Shown here: positions 16,924 through 24,895 of the stretch, one piece after another | Position numbering within the stretch: the stretch's first letter is position 1 | Layout: each line of letters opens with the position of its first letter | DNA from: Candidatus Altimarinota bacterium | GTDB taxonomy: Bacteria > Patescibacteriota > Gracilibacteria > UBA1369 | NCBI GenBank assembly: GCA_041659405.1 | Contig: JBAZYK010000001.1 | Coordinates: forward strand, 30,001-62,000 | Reading direction: 5' to 3' | Length of the DNA: 32,000 nucleotides | Program-made: the position numbers and the translations under genes | The notes under the pieces: generated by a model | Seen by the model: the letters and a program-made list of their open reading frames with translations, nothing else | The model's database searches: none | Told to the model about the DNA's origin: nothing

Positions 16924-17808
16924 ATGTCAACAACTGCGCCAATCATAACCAGAACCCAGGCACTCAAGAAACAATATGAAGCTATGCGTAAGGGCAAAGA
17001 ATCACTTTTAACTCTTCTTGATGAAGCCGAAATTGCTGAGAGTGTTTATAACTCCAATGCTATTGAAAATTCCACTCTTACATTAAAAGAAACAGAACAG
17101 ATTCTGCTTCAAATGGAAGTTTCCAGAAACGTTTCACTTAGAGAAGTTTTTGAGGCAAAAAATCTTGCTACAGTATCCGAATATATTCGTAAAAAAGCTC
17201 TATCGGAAGAGTTAACTAAAGAGTCTATTTTGCTTCTCCATAAAATGCTTATTGGCAATATTAACGATAACATTGCCGGACGCTTTCGCAAAGCAGGGGA
17301 ATACGTACGTGTGGGTACGCATATTGCACCGCCCCCAGAGCACATTGAATTAATGATGGAACAAGCATTACAAGATTTTGCCAGTGACATTCAGTCTTTT
17401 TTTGTCGATAAAATTGCTAAATTCCATCTGGATTTTGAAACTATCCATCCGTTTAATGATGGAAATGGTCGCATTGGCCGTGTGATTATCAACTATCAGT
17501 TGTTGAGGTATGGTTTTCCCCCAATCATTATTCGCAATAAAGAAAAGCAAATTTATTATCAGGCTTTAAAAAATTATAATGAAAATAAAAATATGAAAGG
17601 AATGGAAAAAATATTCACTTTGGCTTTAACTGAATCTTTGCATAAAAGAGTTACTTATCTAAATGGAGCACAAATAATCCCTCTGGCAGATTATATCAGA
17701 AAGCACAAAAAATCCGCACCAGCTTTGCTTAATGCAGCCCGACGCCAAAACATTCCAGCCTTCCGTGAAAAAGGCGTATGGAAAATCGGGGCTAAATTTG
17801 AACTGTAA
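16924..17808 (+). CDS. Fic family protein (Fic/DOC)
   Basis: HLDFETIHPFNDGNGRIGRVIINYQL matches Fic motif HPFxDGNGRxGR; ORF-track start 16870 lies in the promoter, ATG at 16924 is preferred. Confidence 0.92.
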   Translation: MSTTAPIITRTQALKKQYEAMRKGKESLLTLLDEAEIAESVYNSNAIENSTLTLKETEQILLQMEVSRNVSLREVFEAKNLATVSEYIRKKALSEELTKESILLLHKMLIGNINDNIAGRFRKAGEYVRVGTHIAPPPEHIELMMEQALQDFASDIQSFFVDKIAKFHLDFETIHPFNDGNGRIGRVIINYQLLRYGFPPIIIRNKEKQIYYQALKNYNENKNMKGMEKIFTLALTESLHKRVTYLNGAQIIPLADYIRKHKKSAPALLNAARRQNIPAFREKGVWKIGAKFEL

Positions 17809-17827
17809 ATTTTGGAGCTCCACATTT

Positions 17828-17868
17828 AAAAAAGAGCCCTCTCTTTATTTCATGAAAGGACTCTTTTC
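17828..17868. terminator. Rho-independent-like hairpin AAAAGAGCCC…AAAGGACTCTTTT
   Basis: Imperfect stem ending in T-run after the Fic gene. Confidence 0.65.
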
Positions 17869-17910
17869 CCGCATCTGTTAACCTGTTAGATTTTTCCTAT
17901 TGAAATAAAT

Positions 17911-18342
17911 TTATTTCCAGTCTTTTTTAAACTCTTCGATCAGACTATGAACGGATTTTTCGGTCCATTTTTTGCCTTTGGAAAACTGTTTAACCGCATC
18001 GTGAACAATCTCATCATATTTTTTTTGAGTAAGCTCGGTTTTGTCCTTAATATCATCGGCTGTGGCCAAAATATCACCCTGTAGTTCAAGAAAATCTTTT
18101 TCCAGTTCATCGCTGACTTCACCAAAAATGTTTTTAACGATTGTTTGGACGTCTTCACGGTTTTTATTGAATTTTTTCGCTAATTGTTGGGCCTTATCCA
18201 TAATGTCTTTCTGGGTTTCAGTTCCTTCCTTAGGTGCAAAAAGAATACCCAGTGTTGCGCCCAAAGCCATAGCGATGGCAAATCCCAGTCCAGCTGATAG
18301 TGGCCCCTTTCCTTTTTGATCTGATGAGTCATGTGTATCCAT
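17911..18342 (-). CDS. YtxH domain-containing protein
   Basis: GLGFAIAMALGATLGILFAPKEGTETQKDIMDKAQQL membrane plus helical pattern. Confidence 0.75.
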   Translation of the reverse strand: MDTHDSSDQKGKGPLSAGLGFAIAMALGATLGILFAPKEGTETQKDIMDKAQQLAKKFNKNREDVQTIVKNIFGEVSDELEKDFLELQGDILATADDIKDKTELTQKKYDEIVHDAVKQFSKGKKWTEKSVHSLIEEFKKDWK

Positions 18343-18485
18343 AGAGTGAAGCGGATAAGTGATAATATCTTATTGTACTTCCCTTTCGTTCCTTTTAGAT
18401 AGGCATAAAATAGAAAGCATGTGGACAAAAATAGTTGGCTCATTTTCTGGACAAAAGTTAATTAAAGGTTTACAGTACCACTTCT

Positions 18486-19820
18486 ATGAGTAATAAAGAC
18501 AAAATCAGAGGTGAAGTGGGCGAAAAAGATTCCTTGATGGTAAGGGGTTTTCATGAAATCGTTGGATCGACAGAAAAAACTTTTTCACAAATTCAGCATT
18601 TAGTTCGGACATTACTTATGGCTACCGTTGCTGCAAGTATCACCGGCTGCGACTCTTCCATTCCTTTGGAAATGGACAAACCCGCTGAGTGCGTTAGCAC
18701 AGCACCAGCTTCCCCAAAAGTCAAAAAAGTAGATGTTTGTTTTATGCGCTGGAGTGAGCCTGATTTCGTTGATTTAACCGATGAGCTTAGGGCTCAATTA
18801 AATGCTGAGTTTGCTGAAACTACTAAGTTTTACCTTGATGCAACTTATGGGCATGATAAATATGATTTTGAGCTTATTGATTCTGGTGCCGTATGGACTG
18901 GGCCAGCCCCTCAAGAATCTCTTCCTGATGAGGAGGAGGATTCCGCCATTGAAGCATGCGCACCTCAAATAGATGATTTTAAGCAGATCGATACATTCGT
19001 TGTATTCCCCAGTATAAGTGCTGGAGATAGGTCTTGGGGCGGAAGAAAGACATTCCACACACCTCAAGGAGATATAGAAATGGGAATAATAAGACTTCCC
19101 AATAGGTACCAAAAGAATAGCACTAAGCCTTTAAACCTTGATGATTTAAAACATGAGCTTGGTCATACAAGGCTTTGGAATCATGCTAAAGAAGAAGTAT
19201 GTTACGACAATGAGGGTAAGCAAATTGCGTACAGTCCTGATCCTAGTATGTGCAGCCTCGATGAATATGGGAATCCTTATGATGTGATGGGAGGAAGGGT
19301 TAAAAGACCTGATGGTAAAAAAATATTTGGACATCCGGGGGCATTTTTTAAATTATCAGACAGCTTAGTAACGGCAACAACTATTGTAGAAAATAGCGGT
19401 GAATACCCACTTGCAGCACTTGAAGTATCTTGTGGCAATGTACCGCAACTTTTAACAATACCTTACTCGGACACCCCCCTTTGTTTAGAATATCGCCAGC
19501 CAATAGGCATTGATGAATCTTTTTCCAAGGAAAATATAAAAAAGATATTTGGATTTGAAGCTGGGTTGCCAGAAGATGGATGTGTGTTTTTAGAATTTTG
19601 CAGCAATCCAAGTAATCCTACTACTACTTTACTCATGCAAAATGACGGAGGTAATTCCAATGATCCCGGAGCTAAAATTCAATTAAATGCATGTATTCCA
19701 CGTGAAGGTTTTTCCGCCCCCAACCTAGGAATAGACATAAGCTATACGCAAAGCACCATAAATCCAGATGTAGTAATTGTTCGAGTAGCTGGTGTTGACG
19801 AAAATAGATTAGCGAAATAG
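18486..19820 (+). CDS. Putative metzincin-like zinc metalloprotease lipoprotein (gametolysin/M11-like)
   Basis: DLKHELGHTRLWNHAKEEVC (HExxHxxxxxH), downstream YGNPYDVMG (Met-turn like), lipobox-like ASITGC after an extended N-terminus. Confidence 0.5.
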   Translation: MSNKDKIRGEVGEKDSLMVRGFHEIVGSTEKTFSQIQHLVRTLLMATVAASITGCDSSIPLEMDKPAECVSTAPASPKVKKVDVCFMRWSEPDFVDLTDELRAQLNAEFAETTKFYLDATYGHDKYDFELIDSGAVWTGPAPQESLPDEEEDSAIEACAPQIDDFKQIDTFVVFPSISAGDRSWGGRKTFHTPQGDIEMGIIRLPNRYQKNSTKPLNLDDLKHELGHTRLWNHAKEEVCYDNEGKQIAYSPDPSMCSLDEYGNPYDVMGGRVKRPDGKKIFGHPGAFFKLSDSLVTATTIVENSGEYPLAALEVSCGNVPQLLTIPYSDTPLCLEYRQPIGIDESFSKENIKKIFGFEAGLPEDGCVFLEFCSNPSNPTTTLLMQNDGGNSNDPGAKIQLNACIPREGFSAPNLGIDISYTQSTINPDVVIVRVAGVDENRLAK

Positions 19821-19866
19821 CCAAACCTAAAATAATGTCCATTCAGCAACCTGAGATAGATATGTT

Positions 19867-19901
19867 TGGAGCTGCTTGGTGAACGAAGTACGAACTGGTT
19901 T
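19867..19901 (+). repeat. 35-bp repeat, left copy
   Basis: TGGAGCTGCTTGGTGAACGAAGTACGAACTGGTTT, 29/35 identical to 21269-21303. Confidence 0.75.
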
Positions 19902-19966
19902 GGTATATGCAAAAGTGTAAATATGGGAGAAAATATCGCCACCATCGAGGTGAGCTTATTACAAGA

Positions 19967-20067
19967 TTTGTTAAATAATGATTTGCCAATATGTTAAATA
20001 GTTGGTATATTAAATGCATCAACATAGGCTCATAGAAGTCATATAAGTAATATATTTGTTAAATAAT
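19967..20067. promoter_or_regulatory. Operator-like direct repeats upstream of the second Fic gene
   Basis: TGTTAAATA at 19969-19977, 19992-20000, 20057-20065; 13-mer TTTGTTAAATAAT at 19967-19979 and 20055-20067. Confidence 0.5.
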
Positions 20068-20072
20068 ACCGC

Positions 20073-21215
20073 ATGCCTCCACAATTCTTTCATTATAATT
20101 TGGAGTTGGTTCAACCAGATTATGAATCATCTTTAACGGACTTAATCATTGAGTTGGATTATTTAAGGAAAAAACCATTGCATGGAACAACTCCGGCACC
20201 AATATTTTTCCAATTAAAAAGTATTTTCCACACCCTTGAAAGTATTGGATCAGCTAGAATTGAGGGAAACCACACTACTATAGCAGAATTTATTGAAACT
20301 AAAATCAATCAAGAAGCAAATCCAACAGAAGAAATTGTTGAAATTCAAAATCTTGAAAAAGCTATGAGTTTTATTGATGAGCATATCCAGGAGACACCTA
20401 TGAATCGGATCTTTTTAAGCGAGCTACATAAACATGTAGTACAAAACCTTGTCCGAGAAGGTAGCCAAACTCCAGGAGAGTATCGTGTAAAAAATCTTGC
20501 AATTACCCAATCTGAGCACGTTCCCCCAGATTTCATACAAGTAGCACCATATATGCAGGAGCTGTTCGATTTTATCAACAAAAATGATTCACCAAAGTAC
20601 GATCTTTTAAAAACTGCCATATCACATCATCGTTTTGTTTGGATTCATCCGTTTGATAATGGTAATGGCCGAACAGTCCGTCTTCTTACTTATGCAATGC
20701 TTGTAAAGCAAGGATTTAACGTCAATGTAGGAAGGATCATAAATCCAACCGCTATTTTTTGTAGCAATAGAAAACAATATTACGAAGCCTTATCTTGGGC
20801 TGATCGAGGTACAAAAGAAGGTGTTTTGCGTTGGTGTGAGTATGTTTTGGGAGGTCTGAAAACAGAAATCGAGAAAATTGACCGCTTACTGGACTACGAA
20901 TACCTAAAAAAACATATTTTGGTACCAGCAGTAAAATATTCTTTGGAAAGGAAATTTATTACAGATATTGAAGCAAAAATCCTTGAAGTCGCTATCGAAA
21001 AAAAAATACTACAAGCTTCCGATGTTAAAAAGATTTTGCCTGACAAAATTCCAGCAGAAATTTCTCGAATTATTAGAAGGATCAAAGAAAAAAAGATGCT
21101 CCAAACTGAAAATGAAAAATCCAGAAAGTACACTATGAGCTTCTCAAACAGTTATCTTTTGAGAGGGGTTATTAAGATGCTCGATGAGAACAATTTTTTG
21201 CCAATGAAAGAATAA
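20073..21215 (+). CDS. Fic family protein with N-terminal Fic-associated region and C-terminal winged-helix-like region
   Basis: GSARIEGNHTT; HHRFVWIHPFDNGNGRTVRLLTYAML; C-terminal helical wHTH-like segment. Confidence 0.92.
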   Translation: MPPQFFHYNLELVQPDYESSLTDLIIELDYLRKKPLHGTTPAPIFFQLKSIFHTLESIGSARIEGNHTTIAEFIETKINQEANPTEEIVEIQNLEKAMSFIDEHIQETPMNRIFLSELHKHVVQNLVREGSQTPGEYRVKNLAITQSEHVPPDFIQVAPYMQELFDFINKNDSPKYDLLKTAISHHRFVWIHPFDNGNGRTVRLLTYAMLVKQGFNVNVGRIINPTAIFCSNRKQYYEALSWADRGTKEGVLRWCEYVLGGLKTEIEKIDRLLDYEYLKKHILVPAVKYSLERKFITDIEAKILEVAIEKKILQASDVKKILPDKIPAEISRIIRRIKEKKMLQTENEKSRKYTMSFSNSYLLRGVIKMLDENNFLPMKE

Positions 21216-21230
21216 AAATGGATTCGCAAG

Positions 21231-21494
21231 TTACATGCAAGGTGTCTTAAGTTTGGGGTACAGATCACTGGAGCTACTTAGTGGACGAAGTGCGGAATGG
21301 TTTTGCTGTAGTGATAGGCTGAAAACACAAGTGCGTATTTTTTTGCGTTCATGGTTGTGCCGCAATTTCTTTTTACTTTTGACAGAAAGTTGACTAACAC
21401 GTTCGCCTGAAACGCCTAACAGGTCAGCGATTTCATTCAAGCTTATCCAATCATTTTCGCTGCATCTTCTCTTATTGTAGTTCCTGAAAACTCC
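21231..21494 (-). pseudogene. Sigma-70 region 4-like HTH fragment (open frame without convincing start)
   Basis: DWISLNEIADLLGVSGERVSQLSVKSKKKLRHNHERKK resembles sigma region 4.2; frame open back to 21494 and overlaps the end of the upstream gene. Confidence 0.45.
21269..21303 (+). repeat. 35-bp repeat, right copy
   Basis: TGGAGCTACTTAGTGGACGAAGTGCGGAATGGTTT. Confidence 0.75.
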
Positions 21495-22261
21495 TCAACG
21501 TGTGTGCCTGTTGTGAATATCAAATTAACTCTTGTTTCAGCATCTTCAAAACGGTGAACCTCTCCAGTGCATGCGTCAATTCCGCTAGAAACCCATTTAA
21601 AGGTATGTCCTTCTACGTTAATTCTATCCCTGGAATTATTATCCAGTATATAAACTGCATCCCCTCGTCCTGGCGGATGATACTTACGAATACCAATTTC
21701 TCCATCAATGAAACTAAGTGACTCTCCAACGTATTTGTTAAAATTTTGGCCTTGGCTAAGTCTTGATAAAACATAATTATCTTTTTTACTAGCATATTGT
21801 TCTCCATCTGGAGAAAATACTTTACGTACGGCCTCCCCGGTATCAATATCTCTTGAAGTAGTATAAGGCACAACTCTTGTTAAGGATTTTCCACCTACTG
21901 CAATGCCCCCTCCAAGGCTATAATAATAGCCTTCGCCCTCTTTGTGTATTAGCTGTCCTTTAAAGGATTCTCCATCTACTGTAATGCCTTCTCCAAGACT
22001 ATAATAATAACTTCCTTTGTATATTAGATGTCCTTCAGGGGTTCGCTCTTCATCAACCATGTACTGAGCTTCAATTCCTGTTTCCGGATCATTCCCCGCC
22101 TGGGGAACTTTCGCCCAAAATGCCATCTCTGCTTCAACCCTAGCTTTAACTACAGCTATTGATTTTGCTATTTCTTCCTGTCTTTTTGCCTTTTGTTCCG
22201 GAGTTTCGGCCTTCTTTTCCATCTCAGGAGCTCTATCTGGAAATTTATTTTTTCCACCCAT
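21443..22261 (-). CDS. Hypothetical protein with internal YYYSLGxGIxVxG(E/K)S repeats
   Basis: Long ORF; repeats YYYSLGEGITVDGESF / YYYSLGGGIAVGGKSL. Confidence 0.6.
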   Translation of the reverse strand: MGGKNKFPDRAPEMEKKAETPEQKAKRQEEIAKSIAVVKARVEAEMAFWAKVPQAGNDPETGIEAQYMVDEERTPEGHLIYKGSYYYSLGEGITVDGESFKGQLIHKEGEGYYYSLGGGIAVGGKSLTRVVPYTTSRDIDTGEAVRKVFSPDGEQYASKKDNYVLSRLSQGQNFNKYVGESLSFIDGEIGIRKYHPPGRGDAVYILDNNSRDRINVEGHTFKWVSSGIDACTGEVHRFEDAETRVNLIFTTGTHVEEFSGTTIREDAAKMIG

Positions 22262-22342
22262 TTCATTTAGATTAAATTATATTCAACTTTATTAAATTAC
22301 TTTTCGTCGTTTTCTCCTAAACTTTAGCTGGGAGAATTGGGT

Positions 22343-22849
22343 TTACCAGCTAATTTCAAGAGCCTTTTTGGCACCGTCTCTTGTTAATTCTATAGTTTTT
22401 ACAACTGTTTTACCTCCTTCATTTCCAACTGAAGTAGTTAAATGAATCCCCTCGGGGGTAACGTTTAATCCAGAACTATGTTTTTCGGAGTAAGGACTAA
22501 TTTGATTAATTCTCCTTATCAAATCAGAAAGGTGGAATGAAGCTTGTTCTATTTTTTCGTGATCTTCCCATAGCTCAGTCCTCCCACAATTTTTGCTGTA
22601 AAATTTTATTAACCTATGAATGGCATCATAATCTCTAGGGAATTGAACATCTTCATCTCTAAGATCTAGCATGGAGTCAATAATGGCCATTTTTTCACGT
22701 GATAGTTTGGCTAATAATTCATATCTTTCATTAATATCTGCCGAATGTAGGATTGTTTCATACATCCGTTCAAAAGTATCTAGTTGTTCTACAATTTGAG
22801 TTAATTTTTCTGAAGGAGCATTCCTTGCATCAATAGTGGGCGTTGTCAT
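22343..22849 (-). CDS. Hypothetical protein
   Basis: 169-aa ORF, no competing frame; no family recognised. Confidence 0.55.
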   Translation of the reverse strand: MTTPTIDARNAPSEKLTQIVEQLDTFERMYETILHSADINERYELLAKLSREKMAIIDSMLDLRDEDVQFPRDYDAIHRLIKFYSKNCGRTELWEDHEKIEQASFHLSDLIRRINQISPYSEKHSSGLNVTPEGIHLTTSVGNEGGKTVVKTIELTRDGAKKALEISW

Positions 22850-22909
22850 AAAACATTTTTTATAAATTTGCGGATACTAAAAATATCACATTTTGATAAA
22901 TATGTCAAC

Positions 22910-22983
22910 TGGAGCGGGTAAGGGGAATCGAACCCCTGTCCTCGGCTTGGAAAGCCGTTGTAATACCATTATACTATACCCGC
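22910..22983 (-). tRNA. tRNA-Gly(UCC), with encoded CCA
   Basis: Reverse complement GCGGGTATAGTATAATGGTATTACAACGGCTTTCCAAGCCGAGGACAGGGGTTCGATTCCCCTTACCCGCTCCA; acceptor GCGGGTA/TACCCGC, anticodon loop TTTCCAA, T-loop TTCGATT. Confidence 0.95.
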
Positions 22984-23107
22984 ATTTCGTGAATGCGAGG
23001 TGAATCATAGCGTGAAATGCCTCGAGTTTCAAGAGGTGTGTTTTGCGTATTTTATGGCTTAGCCGCAGTTTGAATTTAACTGTATCTGGTCACGGTTTTC
23101 GGCCCAA

Positions 23108-24802
23108 CTATTTTGACAGATCCCAGGTTGCCGCATCCACTTCACCGTCTTGCGCCTGGACAACGAGTGCGTCGATTTGGTCGTTTGCACTTGGTTTAGA
23201 AGCATTTGGCGCTAAACCGGCCTTGGATTCGCTTACATTGGCCTTAGATTCGCCTGTGCCAGTGGCAACTGCGCCAGCTGCTGCCCCGACTTCGTCCCCT
23301 TCCGGAATCTGGTAAACCTCCCCAATAGTATTTACGGTAACATTTGCATGGCCGCTTTCACGTAAAATAGTGGCTAAAGTTTCACTTTGACTTTCTTCAC
23401 CGTGGACCAGGAAAATCTTTTTTAATCCTTCGACCTTGCTGACGTAATCAAGCAAATCACTGCGGTCGGCGTGTCCGGAAAAAGCATCCATGGAAACCAC
23501 GTCCGCCCTTAAATGATACGGGTCTCCGTAAATGTTTACAATCGGCTGTTTTTCCTGAATTTTGCGGCCAAGTGTACCTATGGCTGTGTATCCCACCAAC
23601 ATAATAGTGTTGCGCGGATCCTCGATATTATTTTTTAAGTGATGCAGAATGCGGCCGTTTTCACACATTCCCGAAGCGGAAATGATAATAGCCGGCACCT
23701 GAATACTGTTAAGAGCCTTGGATTCGTCTACAGAATGCGTATATTGAAGCTTTCCAAAACCAAAAGGATTCTTACGGTTGTTGATAAATTCATTGCGAAT
23801 AGCCTCGTCGAAACATTCAGGATGAGCGGCGAAAACTTCCGTTACATTGGCGGAAAGCGGGCTATCAATATAAATAGGCAAATCAGGGATGGCTTTCTTC
23901 TGCCATAAAAGGTTTAAGTGGTAAACGACTTCCTGAGTTCTTTCAACAGAAAAGGCCGGAATAATTATTTTCCCGCCGCGTTTGGCTGTGGCATTAATGA
24001 CTTCCGCTAAACGTTTTCCGGCATCCAGAATTGATTCATGAAAACGGTTACCATAAGTACTTTCCATCATTAAATAATCGGTAGGAGGAAGAACCTGTGG
24101 ATCACGCAAAATTGGCAGACTTTTTCGGCCTAAATCGCCGGTAAAAGCAAAAGTAAAACGCTTGCCGGTTTCTTTTTCATGAATAACCAGATGAACCAGA
24201 GCAGACCCCAAAATGTGTCCGGCATCATAAAAAGAGCAGATCACGCCATCGGTTACTTTAAAGGCGCGCTCATAACCAACACCATAAAATTGTTTTAAAG
24301 TTTTTTCGGCGTCCTCAACTGAATATAAAGGCTCTAAAGGTGTCTTTTCTTGGCTGTTTAGGTCGTCGCCGTTTCCGTTATTACTGTTGCTATTATGGAT
24401 TTTGGAAGCCCCTTTTGCATGAGCGTTTCCATTACTGTTTTTATGATTTTTTTTCTTATTTATTTTTTCGTTCATGTACTGCGCATCTTTTTCCTGAATA
24501 TAAGCACTGTCCAAAAGCATGTAATTGCAAAGATCGCGAGTGGCAAAAGTAGAATAAATTGGCCCTTTGTAGCCACTTTTTACCAAAAAAGGAAGTCCGC
24601 CGCTGTGATCAATGTGGGCATGGGAAAGAATTACCGCATCAATCTTACCGGCATCAAATGGCAAGATCCGATTTTTTTTATCTGATTCTTTACGATGTCC
24701 CTGGAACATTCCAAAATCAAGAAGAATACGTTTGCCGTTTACTTCCAGAAGATGGCGAGAACCGGTGACTTCACGCGCTGCGCCGAAAGATTGAAGTTTC
24801 AT
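23108..24802 (-). CDS. MBL-fold RNA exonuclease/nuclease with beta-CASP and Zn-dependent specificity domain
   Basis: ILLDFGMFQG, VILSHAHIDHSGGLP, FTGDLGRKSLPIL, TYGNRFHE, GHADRSDLLDYV, IFLVHGEESQSETLA. Confidence 0.93.
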   Translation of the reverse strand: MKLQSFGAAREVTGSRHLLEVNGKRILLDFGMFQGHRKESDKKNRILPFDAGKIDAVILSHAHIDHSGGLPFLVKSGYKGPIYSTFATRDLCNYMLLDSAYIQEKDAQYMNEKINKKKNHKNSNGNAHAKGASKIHNSNSNNGNGDDLNSQEKTPLEPLYSVEDAEKTLKQFYGVGYERAFKVTDGVICSFYDAGHILGSALVHLVIHEKETGKRFTFAFTGDLGRKSLPILRDPQVLPPTDYLMMESTYGNRFHESILDAGKRLAEVINATAKRGGKIIIPAFSVERTQEVVYHLNLLWQKKAIPDLPIYIDSPLSANVTEVFAAHPECFDEAIRNEFINNRKNPFGFGKLQYTHSVDESKALNSIQVPAIIISASGMCENGRILHHLKNNIEDPRNTIMLVGYTAIGTLGRKIQEKQPIVNIYGDPYHLRADVVSMDAFSGHADRSDLLDYVSKVEGLKKIFLVHGEESQSETLATILRESGHANVTVNTIGEVYQIPEGDEVGAAAGAVATGTGESKANVSESKAGLAPNASKPSANDQIDALVVQAQDGEVDAATWDLSK

Positions 24803-24858
24803 GTGTGGATTGGTAAATTGTGTTTTTATTTGTTGTTCTTCTCATTTTAGCAAACTTT

Positions 24859-24867
24859 TGGTATAAT
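24859..24867 (+). promoter_or_regulatory. Extended -10 TGGTATAAT upstream of the 24896 gene
   Basis: TTTTGGTATAATATAAAG; no clear -35 at 17 nt. Confidence 0.45.
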
Positions 24868-24895
24868 ATAAAGAAAAAAATAAAACAAAATTGCT

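Noticed and set aside
21265-21285. Possible attachment-site copy resembling the tRNA-Gly 3' end (ACTGGAGC…TTAG)
   Set aside because: Only an 8-nt exact match followed by scattered matches; too weak, and it coincides with the 35-bp repeat.
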